In this document: positions 19,166 to 29,900 of the stretch, piece after piece
Layout: each line of letters opens with the position of its first letter
Numbering within the stretch: position 1 is the stretch's first letter
From: an uncultured Gammaproteobacteria bacterium
GTDB taxonomy: Bacteria; Pseudomonadota; Gammaproteobacteria; UBA9214
Direction of reading: 5' to 3'
Assembly: GCA_963748215.1 (NCBI GenBank)
Contig: CAVVHS010000006.1
Coordinates: 352,001 to 416,000, forward strand
Length of the DNA stretch: 64,000 bases
Position numbers and translations under genes: made by a program
Notes under the pieces: model-generated
Database searches by the model: none
What the model saw: only the letters and a program-made list of their open reading frames with translations
What the model was told of the DNA's origin: nothing

Positions 19166-19805
19166 CCCTGACTGCAGACTCTGTCCCCGGCTGGCCGGCT
19201 TTCTCGACCAGGTTTCCGTAAAACACCCCGATTATCACGCCCGACCGGTAGCGGCCTTCGGAGATTCGCAGGCACGCTTGCTGATCGTAGGCCTGGCGCC
19301 CGGCATGCATGGCGCCAATGCCACGGGACGTCCCTTCACCGGCGACTATGCCGGTATCCTGCTGTACGAGACACTGTACAAGTTCGGCTACAGCAACAAG
19401 CCCGTGTCGGTGGCGCGCAACGACGGCCTGGAACTGAGCGGCTGCAGGATAACCAACGCGGTCAAGTGCCTGCCGCCGCAGAACAAGCCGCTGCTCGAGG
19501 AAGTCAGGAACTGCAACCGCTTTCTGCATAAGGAGCTGCACAGCTTGCCGGATGACGCGGTCGTCATCGCGCTGGGCAGACTGGCGCACGATGCCGTACT
19601 GCGCGCGCTGGGGCTGCGGCTTTCCGGGTACGCGTTCGGACATGCCGCGATCCACGGGTTGGCGGATGGACTGCGCATGGTGGATTCCTACCACTGCAGC
19701 CGCTACAACACGCAAACCCGCCGCCTCACGCCCGAGATGTTCCACAAGGCGTTCCGGCTTGCAGGAAATATGCTCTCCGGCAGGCCACGCCGGGTGTCGG
19801 CCTGA
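19137..19805 (+). CDS. Uracil-DNA glycosylase, family 4/5 (UdgB-like)
   Basis: CRLCPRL, GLAPGMHGANATGRPFTGD, NAVKCLPP.NKP, YHCSRYN. Confidence 0.9.
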   Translation: MSPKSTSKFNPDCRLCPRLAGFLDQVSVKHPDYHARPVAAFGDSQARLLIVGLAPGMHGANATGRPFTGDYAGILLYETLYKFGYSNKPVSVARNDGLELSGCRITNAVKCLPPQNKPLLEEVRNCNRFLHKELHSLPDDAVVIALGRLAHDAVLRALGLRLSGYAFGHAAIHGLADGLRMVDSYHCSRYNTQTRRLTPEMFHKAFRLAGNMLSGRPRRVSA

Positions 19806-19815
19806 CCTGCCAGGC

Positions 19816-21645
19816 ATGAATAAAACCGGCACAGCATTCGATTCGCGCGGATTCCTGAAAACACTGGCGGTACGGCCGGGTGTCTACCGCATGCTCGATG
19901 CCGGCGGCAATGTGCTCTATGTCGGCAAGGCCGGCAACCTCAGGAAGCGGGTCGCCAGCTATTTCAGGAAATCAGGCCTGTCAGCCAGGACAGCCGCACT
20001 GGTGGAACAGATCGCTGCCATCGAGGTGACGGTTACGCATACGGAAGGCGAGGCCCTGCTGCTGGAAAGCAATCTCATCAAGCAACTGCAGCCGCGCTAT
20101 AACGTGCTGCTGCGTGATGACAAGAGCTATCCCTATATCTACCTGTCGGACACGCAGGAATACCCGCGGCTGGCATTGCATCGTGGTGCGCGTCGTGCCT
20201 CCGGCCGCTATTTCGGTCCGTATCCGAATGCCGGTTCAGTGCGCGAAAGCCTGCATCTCCTGCAGAAACTGTTCAGGGTCAGGCAGTGCGAGGACAGCTT
20301 TTTCAGCAACCGCAGCCGGCCCTGCCTGCAATACCAGATCAAGCGTTGCACGGCGCCATGTGTCGAGCTGGTCAGCGCGCAGGATTATGCACGCGATGTG
20401 GAAAACACGGTGCTGTTCCTGGAGGGTAAAAGCAGCCAGGTGATCGATGGCCTGGTTAAACGCATGGAAGAGGCAGCGACGCTGCAGGATTACGAGCAGG
20501 CCGCGATATTCCGCGACCAGATAATCAGCTTGCGCCATGTGCAGGAAAAGCAGTACATCAGCACCGAACACGGCGACCTGGACATCATCGCGTGTGTGAC
20601 GGAAAAGGGCAGTGCCTGCGTGCAGGTGTTTTTCGTGCGCGGTGGCAGGAATCTCGGCAATGCGGTGTTTTACCCGAAGGTGCCGATGGAGCAGGGGCCG
20701 GACGAGGTACTGTCCGCGTTTATACCCCAGTATTACCTCGGCAAGGATATCCCGCCCGAATTGCTGCTCAGCCACGAGCTGCAGGACGGCGAGGTCATCG
20801 GACAGGCCTTGAGCCAGCACGCTGCCCACGGGGTCGAGCTGCGTTCCAGGGTGCGCGGCAACCGGGCACGCTGGGTGAAAATGGCCCGCGAAAATGCCGG
20901 TCATGCGCTCCATGCGCAACTCAACACGCGCCGGGGATTTGCCGTGCGCCTGCAGGCCCTGGCCGATGCACTGCAGCTGCCCGACGTGCCGGAGCGGCTC
21001 GAGTGCTTCGATATCAGCCATACAGCTGGCGAGTCGACAGTTGCCTCCTGTGTTGTGTTCGGGCTTGAGGGCCCTTTAAAATCGGATTACCGGCGCTTCA
21101 ATATCCGTGACATCGAGCCCGGCGACGATTATGCGGCAATGGATCAGGCCATCAGCCGGCGCTACACACGGCTGAAGAAGGGTGAGGGACGTATGCCCGA
21201 CCTGCTGCTGATCGATGGCGGAAAGGGCCAGGTGGCCGCGGTCTGCAGGGCGCTCGAGGAACTGCAGGTGACCGACCTGCGGGTGCTCGGCGTGGCCAAG
21301 GGGCCGGGACGGAAGCCGGGGCTTGAAGTGCTGCACCTGCCGGATCGCAAGGCCGCGCTGGTATTGCCGCCGGATTCACCCGCATTGCACCTGATCCAGC
21401 AGATCAGGGACGAGGCGCACCGTTTCGCCATCACCGGCCACCGTCAGCGGCGTGCGCGGCAGCGGAATGTGTCACCGCTGGAGAGCATCCCGGGGGTTGG
21501 TGCCAAGCGGCGCCAGCAACTGCTGCAACAGTTCGGTGGACTGAGGGAAGTGACGCGTGCCGGCGTGGAGGATCTTTCCCGCGTCAAGGGGATCAACCGA
21601 ACGCTGGCTCAGCAGATATATGACGCATTGCACGGGGACGTGTAA
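19816..21645 (+). CDS. uvrC: Excinuclease ABC subunit C
   Basis: GIY-YIG (PGVYRM..LYVGKA), RLECFDISH, IRDEAHRFAI, C-terminal HhH. Confidence 0.97.
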   Translation: MNKTGTAFDSRGFLKTLAVRPGVYRMLDAGGNVLYVGKAGNLRKRVASYFRKSGLSARTAALVEQIAAIEVTVTHTEGEALLLESNLIKQLQPRYNVLLRDDKSYPYIYLSDTQEYPRLALHRGARRASGRYFGPYPNAGSVRESLHLLQKLFRVRQCEDSFFSNRSRPCLQYQIKRCTAPCVELVSAQDYARDVENTVLFLEGKSSQVIDGLVKRMEEAATLQDYEQAAIFRDQIISLRHVQEKQYISTEHGDLDIIACVTEKGSACVQVFFVRGGRNLGNAVFYPKVPMEQGPDEVLSAFIPQYYLGKDIPPELLLSHELQDGEVIGQALSQHAAHGVELRSRVRGNRARWVKMARENAGHALHAQLNTRRGFAVRLQALADALQLPDVPERLECFDISHTAGESTVASCVVFGLEGPLKSDYRRFNIRDIEPGDDYAAMDQAISRRYTRLKKGEGRMPDLLLIDGGKGQVAAVCRALEELQVTDLRVLGVAKGPGRKPGLEVLHLPDRKAALVLPPDSPALHLIQQIRDEAHRFAITGHRQRRARQRNVSPLESIPGVGAKRRQQLLQQFGGLREVTRAGVEDLSRVKGINRTLAQQIYDALHGDV

Positions 21646-21660
21646 AAGAGGCTTTCCACC

Positions 21661-22245
21661 ATGAAATGGACATGGCCAAATATCCTGACCCTGCTGCGTA
21701 TCAGCATGATACCGGTGCTGGTGGTCGTCTTCTACCTGCCCGGAAAATTGATGCCGCTGCTGTGTGCCGCGATTTTCGGACTGGCTGCCGTGACTGACTG
21801 GCTGGACGGCTATCTTGCGCGGCGCCTGAAGCAGCAATCGGTATTCGGCGCCTTTCTGGACCCGGTCGCAGACAAGCTGATGGTGGCGGTCGCGCTCGTC
21901 CTGCTGGTCGAGTCCAACGGCGACCTGTTCTTCACCATACCCGTTGCGGTCATCATCGGCAGGGAAATCGCCATTTCGGCATTGCGTGAATGGATGTCGG
22001 AGATCGGTGAGCGCGCCACCGTGGCTGTCTCGATCATTGGCAAGGTCAAGACTACGGCACAGATGGTCGCGATCCTGCTGCTGCTCTATGACACACCTGT
22101 CGGGCTGTTCCCTACGCACGAGGTGGGACTGGTGCTGCTCTACGTGGCTGCCGTCCTGACGCTCTGGTCGATGCTGATCTACATGCGGGCGGCCTGGCCG
22201 GTCATCTTCGGCAGGACCGGGGCGCCGGGAGAGGGGGATGCTTGA
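21661..22245 (+). CDS. pgsA: CDP-diacylglycerol--glycerol-3-phosphate 3-phosphatidyltransferase
   Basis: PNILTLLR, TDWLDGYLAR..FGAFLDPVADK; uvrC-pgsA-tRNA synteny. Confidence 0.96.
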   Translation: MKWTWPNILTLLRISMIPVLVVVFYLPGKLMPLLCAAIFGLAAVTDWLDGYLARRLKQQSVFGAFLDPVADKLMVAVALVLLVESNGDLFFTIPVAVIIGREIAISALREWMSEIGERATVAVSIIGKVKTTAQMVAILLLLYDTPVGLFPTHEVGLVLLYVAAVLTLWSMLIYMRAAWPVIFGRTGAPGEGDA

Positions 22246-22269
22246 CAGTATCCCGCCAGTCTATAAAAT
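22242..22269 (+). promoter_or_regulatory. Sigma70 promoter of the tRNA operon
   Basis: TTGACA-16 nt-TAAAAT followed by a GC-rich discriminator. Confidence 0.75.
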
Positions 22270-22284
22270 GGCGGTTTGCTGTGT

Positions 22285-22360
22285 GCGGGAATAGCTCAGT
22301 TGGTAGAGCACAACCTTGCCAAGGTTGGGGTCGCGAGTTCGAATCTCGTTTCCCGCTCCA
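22285..22360 (+). tRNA. tRNA-Gly(GCC)
   Basis: GCGGGAATAGCTCAG...TTGCCAA...TTCGAATC...CCCGCTCCA. Confidence 0.97.
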
Positions 22361-22420
22361 TCTTTTTTCAGCCCTGGTCTCCGGGGTTTTTCCTGTCAGG
22401 GTGCCGGTTACCCGATCCAT

Positions 22421-22494
22421 GGCTGGGTGGCAGAGTGGTTATGCAGCGGCCTGCAAAGCCGTGTACGCCGGTTCGATTCCGGCCTCAGCCTCCA
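22421..22494 (+). tRNA. tRNA-Cys(GCA)
   Basis: GGCTGGGTGGCAGAGTGG...CTGCAAA...GGTTCGATTCC...CTCCA. Confidence 0.96.
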
Positions 22495-22548
22495 ACTAAT
22501 CCTCTACATCCCCGGTATGTCTCTGTAAAATCGCCCGGGCGCCTGTTG

Positions 22549-22635
22549 GCCCGGGTGGCGAAATTGGTAGACGCAAGGGACTTAAAATCCCTCGGTGGCA
22601 ACACCGTGCCGGTTCGATTCCGGCCCCGGGCACCA
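22549..22635 (+). tRNA. tRNA-Leu(TAA)
   Basis: GCCCGGGTGGCGAAATTGGTAGACGC...CTTAAAA, long variable arm, CCA end. Confidence 0.96.
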
Positions 22636-22877
22636 TCTGACGCGCCTGTTGCACCAGTCGGTCACGGGCCTGCAGGTACTCCGCTGAAAACAATCGCGCC
22701 AACAACGATCCGAAATTTCAAGAGAACTTCGTATATGCAGCCTGCGGCCTGTCCGGGCCCTGCCCGGTGCGGACCTGGACTTGCGATATACAGGGACGTA
22801 CGAGTGTCATGGCGGCAGGGATGCCGTGAGCGACCGGTATGCCGGCTACGGGTGCAATTGACGGGTTAAGCCCTTCA

Positions 22878-23288
22878 TCAGCCGCTCATGATGCGCGGCC
22901 AGCGGGCATGGATCGCTTCCGCGAGTTCCGGCTCGATGGTGACCACGTAGATGCGCCGTTCATGCCGGTCGCGTGCCACCAGCCCCTGGATCCATTGACC
23001 CCGGGTCAGGTCGTACCAGCGGCTGTGACCTTCAAGGTCTTTTTCCATGAAGCTTCTGACCGGTATCTTGACCGGTACCGGGAACCAGCGATCCCAGCGA
23101 CCGGCATAGATGCCGTCCAGCCGTGCCCAGCCGCCCAGCGGCAGGCTGCCGGCCTGTTCATGTCGGCGTCCCCATGCCAGACGGCGGGTGCCGCCGCCCC
23201 GGGCCATGACCGGCAATTGCGCCTTCGGGTTGGGGAAGTACACCCGGATATCCTGACCGTTTGCCGTGTAGTAGACGCCGTCGCACAT
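22878..23288 (-). CDS. Minimal SRAP/YedK-like (SOS response-associated peptidase fold) protein
   Basis: N-terminal Met-Cys, WG, AR, FME and C-terminal IHARWP (compare SRAP IHxRMP); 6 bp downstream of dinB. Confidence 0.6.
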   Translation of the reverse strand: MCDGVYYTANGQDIRVYFPNPKAQLPVMARGGGTRRLAWGRRHEQAGSLPLGGWARLDGIYAGRWDRWFPVPVKIPVRSFMEKDLEGHSRWYDLTRGQWIQGLVARDRHERRIYVVTIEPELAEAIHARWPRIMSG

Positions 23289-23294
23289 GGGAGT

Positions 23295-24540
23295 TCAGAT
23301 TGTCTGGCGGTGTCCGAACGGCTTCCAGGACGGCGCAATGACGTTTGGCATGCTGGAGCGGTTGAGCAGCCGGGCAGGGGCCAGCACCAGCTCGCCGTAG
23401 CGCCGGTTGACGGCGTCCATGACCTCGTTGGCCTCGCGCCGCGCCGCGTCTTCACTGTCAAACAGCTCGAGCTGGCCGCCGGCGGGAACGGGAGTCCAGG
23501 GCGGTGACCTGCACCTGGTGTACACCCTCGTCGTGCCAGGCCTCGTCGATAACGCGGCGGCACAGTACCATGATGTCCCTGCCATCACTGGTGGGCAGCA
23601 TACTGCGCAGCTTGCCGCCCACCCAGCCGTCGCCGGTGCGCAGGCCGATGAAAAAGGTCTGTGCCTGCAACCGGTGGCGTCGTAGCCGTGCACCGACCTT
23701 GGTGCTCATGTGCAGCAGCCAGGTCAGCAGCAGTTCCCGGTCGCGCGTGCCGGGTGGGACGACCTTGCCGTGACCGATGGATCCGGGTGCCGGGACATCC
23801 AGCTGCAGGCCTGCCGGGTCCTGGCCCTGGCACATGTACCAGATGCGACGTCCCGGGTTGCCGAAGCGCCGCGCCAGTACGCTGATCGGCAGGCGTCCGA
23901 CCTCGCCGCAGGTGTGTACGCCATGTTCGGCCAGGAACCCGCCGATGCCTGCGGCGATGCCGCACAGCGCGGTTACCGGGACATCGTGCAGGTGCTGCGC
24001 CGCTTCCCAGGGCAGGATCACGGTCAGGCCATCCGGCTTGTCCAGCTTGGCGGCGAACTTGGCAGTGGTCTTGTCGCCGCTGACGCCGATCGAGCACAGG
24101 ATGCCCGAGGCCTCGAATACCTTGCGCTTGACCAGCCGGGCGATACGTGCCGGCGTGCCGAGCAGCCGCTGGCAACGGGTGATGTCCAGAAAGGCCTCGT
24201 CGACTGAAAATATCTCGATATCCGGAGTGATGTCCTGTAGCGCCGCCATGATGGCGGCAGAGGTGGTTGCATAGCGTTCCGGGTGTGCCGGGCACTGGAT
24301 CAGCTCCGGGCACAGTTGGTGTGCGCGTTTCAGGCGCATGCCGGTCCTGATGCCATAGGCGCGTGCCTCGTAGGAGCAGGTGATGATGCAGGTACCCTTG
24401 AGGCCGTTGGTGATTGCCACCGGGCGCCCGCGCCACTCGGGGCGGTCCCGTTGCTCGATCGAGGCGAAGAAGGCATTCATATCAACCAGCGCTATGGCGC
24501 GTGGCCAGACGATGTCGACAGTTCCTGTAGGACAATTCAT
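23295..24540 (-). CDS. dinB: Y-family DNA polymerase IV; one apparent +1 frameshift near 23493
   Basis: LVDMNAFFASIE, SYEARAYG, SVDEAFLD, AKFAAKLDKPDG; C-terminal clamp motif QLELF in the shifted frame. Confidence 0.92.
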
Positions 24541-24543
24541 ATA

Positions 24544-24559
24544 CTGTAATTATATACAG
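24544..24559. promoter_or_regulatory. LexA (SOS) box overlapping the dinB -10 element
   Basis: CTGT-aattatat-ACAG inside the palindrome atactgtaattatatacagtat, 3 bp from the dinB ATG; contains TATAAT on the minus strand. Confidence 0.88.
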
Positions 24560-24666
24560 TATGTGGCCGGAATGGCTGAATTGTGGTTTGTAACGCAATG
24601 GTGTATACGAATCTGCCGATTGACCGTGCGGGATATTCGAGGACTGTAAAGGCCGGGGGTGTTGTG

Positions 24667-26391
24667 ATGAGGCTTAAGAGGCTATTTTCTTTAAAGAAAG
24701 ACAGGAATCTGGAGCTTGAACAGGCGTTTATGCGTCTAATTCTTGTTGTAGTTGCAGTTGCCTATGGTGTAACGATTTCGACGATGGATGTTTTTGAGAA
24801 AGGTGTTCTGGATAAGATCGTAGTGCTTGGATATTTTTACATAGCCGTGTCATGTGTGAGTGTGCTGCAAGTTTATTTATGGCCTGACGGTAGCAAACGG
24901 CGGCATAGCATATATATGTTCTTTGATGTGTTGGTGACTAGTATTGTTATGCATAATTTTGGTAAATATGGAATTCCTTACTTTGTGCTCTATATGTGGT
25001 TAACAGTAGGAAACGGATTCAGGTATGGTTATCGTGAGCTAATATTTTGCTCCGGACTATCCCTGTTAGGTTTTATTGCTGTTTGCTTAACAACACAGTT
25101 CTGGATAGATGAATATCTTATATCTCTTACGTGTGTGATGTTGTTATCCATAATACCAACATATGTCGCAGTAATGTTAAAAAGACTCCAAGACGCAAAA
25201 GAACGTGCTGAAACCGCGAGCATTGAGAAATCAAGGTTTATCGCGAATATCAGTCATGAAATCAGAACTCCGCTAAACGCTATCGTCGGATTCAGCGGCA
25301 TGATGAGCAAGGTTGATGATGTGACCCAGCAGCGTCAGATGACAGTACGCATCAAGGAAGCATCGGACAGCCTCATGGACCTGATCGAGGGTGTGCTTGA
25401 TTTCGCCAGGATTGAATCCGGGCACGTTAAACTGAAGCCGGTTTTGACCGATCTGCGTGTCTTGCTGGAGTCGATCGAGGGCATGTTTTCCCTGCAGGCA
25501 CAGAGCAAGGGCATAAAATATTCGACATCTGTGGAGCACCACATACCGCAACAGTTTATATGCGACAAGCAACGATTGCGTCAGGTGCTCGTCAACCTGA
25601 TCGGTAATGCGCTCAAGTTTACAGACAAGGGTCGAATCGACGTGTCTGTCAGTCTTGTAAGTCCAACGGCCGATACTCGCCAACTCAGGTTTGATGTGAT
25701 CGATACTGGAAAAGGGATAAAGAAGGAATTTCATGATCATATCTTCGATCGGTTCAGGCAGGCCGATGATTCCGCACAACGCCAGCATGGTGGTACAGGG
25801 CTGGGAACGGCGATCGCCAGGAATCTGGTGGAACTGATGGGTGGGCAAATCGGCATGGAAAGTCACTATGGATTCGGTAGCCGGTTCTGGTTCATCGTTC
25901 CACTTGTCGTGCCAACAGAAGCACAGCTGGGGCGGCAATCTTCTATCAAGAAAAGTCGCTCCTTGCTGGAGGCCGCGAGTACTTCAGATGGCGAATCCAG
26001 CATACTTATCGCTGAAGACAGTGATATCAACCGGTATGTCTATTCGACCATGTTCAACTATCTGGGCGTGAGAATCGAGTTTGCCGAAACCGGTGAGATT
26101 GCGCTCGACAGGCTGAAGCACTCGAATTACGACCTGCTGATTGTGGATATGCAGATGCCCGGCATGTCGGGTATCGATATCATCAACAAATATTATGAAT
26201 TCACGCCGCCATCGCAAAGGCTGCCTATTGCAATGATCACCGGTGATGCAACCGCTGACATCGAGCAGAATTGCGAGCAGCTGGGTGTGAAGGTATTCCT
26301 GGCCAAGCCTGTCACGCTGGAGAAATTGCACGATCTGGCCAGCGCATACGTGTCGGCGCCCCTGGCCGGTGTCGTGGGACTGGAAGGGTGA
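24667..26391 (+). CDS. Hybrid sensor histidine kinase, RpfC-like (TM input, HisKA, HATPase, REC; no HPt)
   Basis: ELEQAFMR and WLTVGNGFRYG in the TM input, ISHEIRTPLN, NLIGNALKFT, GGTGLG, receiver AEDS..DMQMP. Confidence 0.85.
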   Translation: MRLKRLFSLKKDRNLELEQAFMRLILVVVAVAYGVTISTMDVFEKGVLDKIVVLGYFYIAVSCVSVLQVYLWPDGSKRRHSIYMFFDVLVTSIVMHNFGKYGIPYFVLYMWLTVGNGFRYGYRELIFCSGLSLLGFIAVCLTTQFWIDEYLISLTCVMLLSIIPTYVAVMLKRLQDAKERAETASIEKSRFIANISHEIRTPLNAIVGFSGMMSKVDDVTQQRQMTVRIKEASDSLMDLIEGVLDFARIESGHVKLKPVLTDLRVLLESIEGMFSLQAQSKGIKYSTSVEHHIPQQFICDKQRLRQVLVNLIGNALKFTDKGRIDVSVSLVSPTADTRQLRFDVIDTGKGIKKEFHDHIFDRFRQADDSAQRQHGGTGLGTAIARNLVELMGGQIGMESHYGFGSRFWFIVPLVVPTEAQLGRQSSIKKSRSLLEAASTSDGESSILIAEDSDINRYVYSTMFNYLGVRIEFAETGEIALDRLKHSNYDLLIVDMQMPGMSGIDIINKYYEFTPPSQRLPIAMITGDATADIEQNCEQLGVKVFLAKPVTLEKLHDLASAYVSAPLAGVVGLEG

Positions 26392-26486
26392 TCCGTTCAC
26401 CTGCAAACAGCTGTGTCGCAGGAGCTATATATCAGGAGGGGTCGCGGTATATAATCCCGGGCTCGATTTCCGGATGTGATTGAACA

Positions 26487-27896
26487 ATGAGTGTAAAAAC
26501 ACGATTTGCACCCAGCCCGACAGGCTACCTGCATGTCGGCGGTGCAAGAACTGCGTTGTTTTCATGGCTGTATGCCCGCAAGCACGGCGGCAAGTTCGTA
26601 TTGCGCATCGAGGATACCGACCTTGAGCGGTCTACCCAGGAATCCATCAATGCCATTCTGGAGGGGATGACCTGGCTTGGGCTGGAGTATGACGACGGGC
26701 CGTTTTATCAGACGCACCGGTTTGACCGGTATAACAAGATAATCGACGATCTGATCGGCGGGGGGCTGGCCTATCGATGTAATTGTTCCAGAGATCGTCT
26801 CGATGCGTTGCGCGAGTCCCAGATGCAGCACAAGCTCAAGCCCCGATACGATGGACACTGCCGGAAGCATTCCGTCTCGCCCGATGAGCCTCATGTGGTT
26901 CGGTTCTGTAATCCGGCGGATGGCAGCGTAGTCGTCGACGACCAGATCCGCGGCAAGGTCATTTTCAGCAATGACGAGCTCGATGATCTGATCATACGCA
27001 GGACTGATGGCTCGCCCACCTACAACCTGACCGTGGTGGTGGATGACATGGATATGGAGATTACACATGTCATTCGTGGCGACGACCATCTCAACAACAC
27101 GCCGCGGCAGATCAATATTCTACGGGCACTCGGTGCCCAGCAGCCCGTGTATGCGCATGTGCCTATGATTCTTGGCGATGACGGCATGCGCCTGTCCAAG
27201 CGTCACGGCGCAGTGAGCGTGATGGAATACCGGAATCAGGGGATACTCCCCGAGGCCTTGCTTAACTACCTGGTTCGACTGGGCTGGTCGCATGGCGACA
27301 GGGAAATATTCACGCTCGAGGAGATGGTCGAGTTGTTCGACATCAAGGATGTCAACAAGGCAGCTTCCGCATTCAACAGCGAGAAACTGCTGTGGCTGAA
27401 CCAGTGCTACATTAAGGGGTCGGAGCCGGCCAGGATTGCCCGGCTCCTGAGCCCGCACATCGGGCAATTGGGTATCGATCCTGCCTGTGGTCCGGATCTG
27501 GTGGCAGTTGCCGAGGTGCAGCGGGAAAGGGCAAAGACACTGGTGGAAATGGCGGAAATCAGTGCATTCTTTTATCGTGATTTCGAAGACTTCGATGCAG
27601 ATGCGGCTGGCAAGTTTCTCAAGCTCGCAGCCCGCGAACCACTGCAGAAACTGCGTGATGCCCTGGCAACAGTGCCAGAATGGGAGCCGGATGCCCTGCA
27701 TCAGGTTGTCAAGGACGTCGCGGAGCTTCTGGATCTGAAGCTTGGCAAGGTTGCCCAGCCACTGCGGGTCGCCGTCGTGGGGCGGGCGGCCTCGCCCGGT
27801 ATCGATGTGACCCTGCATCTGGTCGGGCGTGAGGCCTGTCTGCGCAGGATCGACAAGGCGCTTGATTATATCTTGCAACGGAGCAGTGAGGCCTGA
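26487..27896 (+). CDS. gltX: Glutamate--tRNA ligase
   Basis: [29 protein letters not shown]. Confidence 0.97.
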   Translation: MSVKTRFAPSPTGYLHVGGARTALFSWLYARKHGGKFVLRIEDTDLERSTQESINAILEGMTWLGLEYDDGPFYQTHRFDRYNKIIDDLIGGGLAYRCNCSRDRLDALRESQMQHKLKPRYDGHCRKHSVSPDEPHVVRFCNPADGSVVVDDQIRGKVIFSNDELDDLIIRRTDGSPTYNLTVVVDDMDMEITHVIRGDDHLNNTPRQINILRALGAQQPVYAHVPMILGDDGMRLSKRHGAVSVMEYRNQGILPEALLNYLVRLGWSHGDREIFTLEEMVELFDIKDVNKAASAFNSEKLLWLNQCYIKGSEPARIARLLSPHIGQLGIDPACGPDLVAVAEVQRERAKTLVEMAEISAFFYRDFEDFDADAAGKFLKLAAREPLQKLRDALATVPEWEPDALHQVVKDVAELLDLKLGKVAQPLRVAVVGRAASPGIDVTLHLVGREACLRRIDKALDYILQRSSEA

Positions 27897-27899
27897 TTA

Positions 27900-29594
27900 A
27901 TGAATGATCTTGATATTGTGGCAGGCGGAAACTTCATACGCCAGACCATTGATGCAGATATCGCCGCCGGAAAAAATGACGGGCGGGTCGTTACGCGGTT
28001 TCCGCCCGAGCCGAACGGTTACCTGCACATCGGGCATGCAAAATCCATTTGCCTGAACTTTGGTATCGCGGAAGACTACAAGGGCAGCTGCAACCTGCGT
28101 TTCGATGACACCAATCCGCACAAGGAAAACGTCGAGTATATCGAGGCGATCAAGGCCGATGTGCGCTGGCTGGGTTTCGAGTGGGACAGCCTGTACTTTG
28201 CGTCAGACTATTTCGAGCATTTGTACGAATTTGCCGTCGGGCTTATCAAGGCGGGCAAGGCCTACGTGTGTGACCTGTCTGCGGAACAGATACGTGAATA
28301 TCGCGGTACGCTGACAGAGCCGGGTCGGCAGAGTCCCTATCGAAACCGCAGTGTGGGTGAAAATCTGGACCTGTTCGGGCGTATGCGTGCGGGCGAGTTC
28401 GAGGATGGCAAGCGCGTCCTGCGCGCGAAAATCGACATGGCATCGCCAAATATCAACATGCGTGATCCCGCCCTGTACCGGATTCGTCACGGCGTGATCC
28501 ATCATCAGACCGGTGCGGAGTGGTGTATTTACCCGATGTATGATTACACCCATCCCATATCGGATGCTCTAGAGGGGATTACACACTCGATCTGTACTCT
28601 GGAGTTTGCCGACCATCGTCCATTGTACAACTGGATACTGGATAACATACCGGCACCCTGTCACCCGCAGCAGATCGAGTTTTCCAGGCTCAATCTCGAG
28701 TATACCGTCATGAGCAAGCGCAAGCTGACCGAACTGGTCGGCGAGGGTTATATGGAAGGCTGGGACGACCCGCGCATGCCGACGATAGCGGGTCTGCGAC
28801 GCCGGGGATACACGCCGGCATCGATCCGTGATTTCTGCGCGCGAATCGGCGTCAGCAAATCGGAGAACACGGTCGAAATGGGCGTGCTGGAGAATTGCAT
28901 TCGCGAAGACCTCAATATGAATGCGCCACGCCGGATGGCCGTTTTACATCCACTGAAGGTGATAATTACCGATTATCATTCGGCTCGAATCGAGCATATC
29001 GAGGTGGCAAATCATCCGCAGAACGACACCATGGGTACCCGCGCGCTTGCCTTCACCAGTGAACTCTATATCGACAGGAGTGATTTCCTGGAAGATCCGC
29101 CGAAGGGCTTCAAACGGCTGATTCCCGGTGGCGAGGTGCGATTGCGTAATGCCTACGTTATCCGCTGCAACGAAATCATCCGGGACACGCACGGGGAGAT
29201 CATTGAATTGCACTGCAGTCACGATCCCGCCACGCTTGGCGCCAACCCGGAAGGTCGCAAGGTGAAAGGAGTGATTCACTGGGTATCGGCCCGTTCAGGC
29301 GTGACGGCGGAGATCCGCCTGTATGACCGCCTGTTCAGTCATCCCGTGCCGGATGCAGCCAGGGAAGGAGGGGACTACAAGGACTGCCTCAATCCGGATT
29401 CGTTGCGGACGCTTACTGGGTGTATTGTTGAGGCGTCGCTCGCGACTGCTGCCTGCGGCGAGAGCTTTCAGTTCGAGCGGGAAGGCTATTTTTGTGTCGA
29501 GTCAAGGCATTCAACAACACATGCACTGGTATTCAACCGGACCGTAACGCTGCGGGATTCCTGGGCGAAAATCGAACGGGCGCAGAATGGCTGA
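27900..29594 (+). CDS. glnS: Glutamine--tRNA ligase
   Basis: [30 protein letters not shown]. Confidence 0.97.
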   Translation: MNDLDIVAGGNFIRQTIDADIAAGKNDGRVVTRFPPEPNGYLHIGHAKSICLNFGIAEDYKGSCNLRFDDTNPHKENVEYIEAIKADVRWLGFEWDSLYFASDYFEHLYEFAVGLIKAGKAYVCDLSAEQIREYRGTLTEPGRQSPYRNRSVGENLDLFGRMRAGEFEDGKRVLRAKIDMASPNINMRDPALYRIRHGVIHHQTGAEWCIYPMYDYTHPISDALEGITHSICTLEFADHRPLYNWILDNIPAPCHPQQIEFSRLNLEYTVMSKRKLTELVGEGYMEGWDDPRMPTIAGLRRRGYTPASIRDFCARIGVSKSENTVEMGVLENCIREDLNMNAPRRMAVLHPLKVIITDYHSARIEHIEVANHPQNDTMGTRALAFTSELYIDRSDFLEDPPKGFKRLIPGGEVRLRNAYVIRCNEIIRDTHGEIIELHCSHDPATLGANPEGRKVKGVIHWVSARSGVTAEIRLYDRLFSHPVPDAAREGGDYKDCLNPDSLRTLTGCIVEASLATAACGESFQFEREGYFCVESRHSTTHALVFNRTVTLRDSWAKIERAQNG

Positions 29595-29661
29595 CAAGCC
29601 GGATTTTCCCCTACGTCAACTGCTTAGGCTGCTCGTGAGTAACTAAATCTTTTTTGTGATC

Positions 29662-29690
29662 TTGACATGCAAGGGCGTCTAACGTAAATT
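29662..29690 (+). promoter_or_regulatory. Sigma70 promoter of tRNA-Ala/Glu
   Basis: TTGACA-17 nt-TAAATT followed by GCGCGC discriminator. Confidence 0.8.
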
Positions 29691-29705
29691 GCGCGCTTCG
29701 TTTTC

Positions 29706-29781
<76 letters not shown>

Positions 29782-29823
29782 AAATTGTCCCGGGCGCCCG
29801 TGTTGCCCTGGTCAGCGTCACAG

Positions 29824-29900
29824 GTCCCCATCGTCTAGTCGGCCTAGGACACCGCCCTTTCACGGCGGTAACAGGGGTTCGAATCCCCTTGGGGACGCCA
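29824..29900 (+). tRNA. tRNA-Glu(TTC)
   Basis: GTCCCCATCGTCTAG...CTTTCAC...GGTTCGAATCCCCTTGGGGACGCCA. Confidence 0.96.

Noticed and set aside
22780-22830. Possible REP/MITE fragment (cagggacgtac...ggcagggatgcc)
   Set aside because: Single short copy in the window; cannot be supported.
22636-26480. Integrative island at tRNA-Leu
   Set aside because: No integrase and no visible duplicate of the tRNA 3' end (attR), although the content looks accessory.
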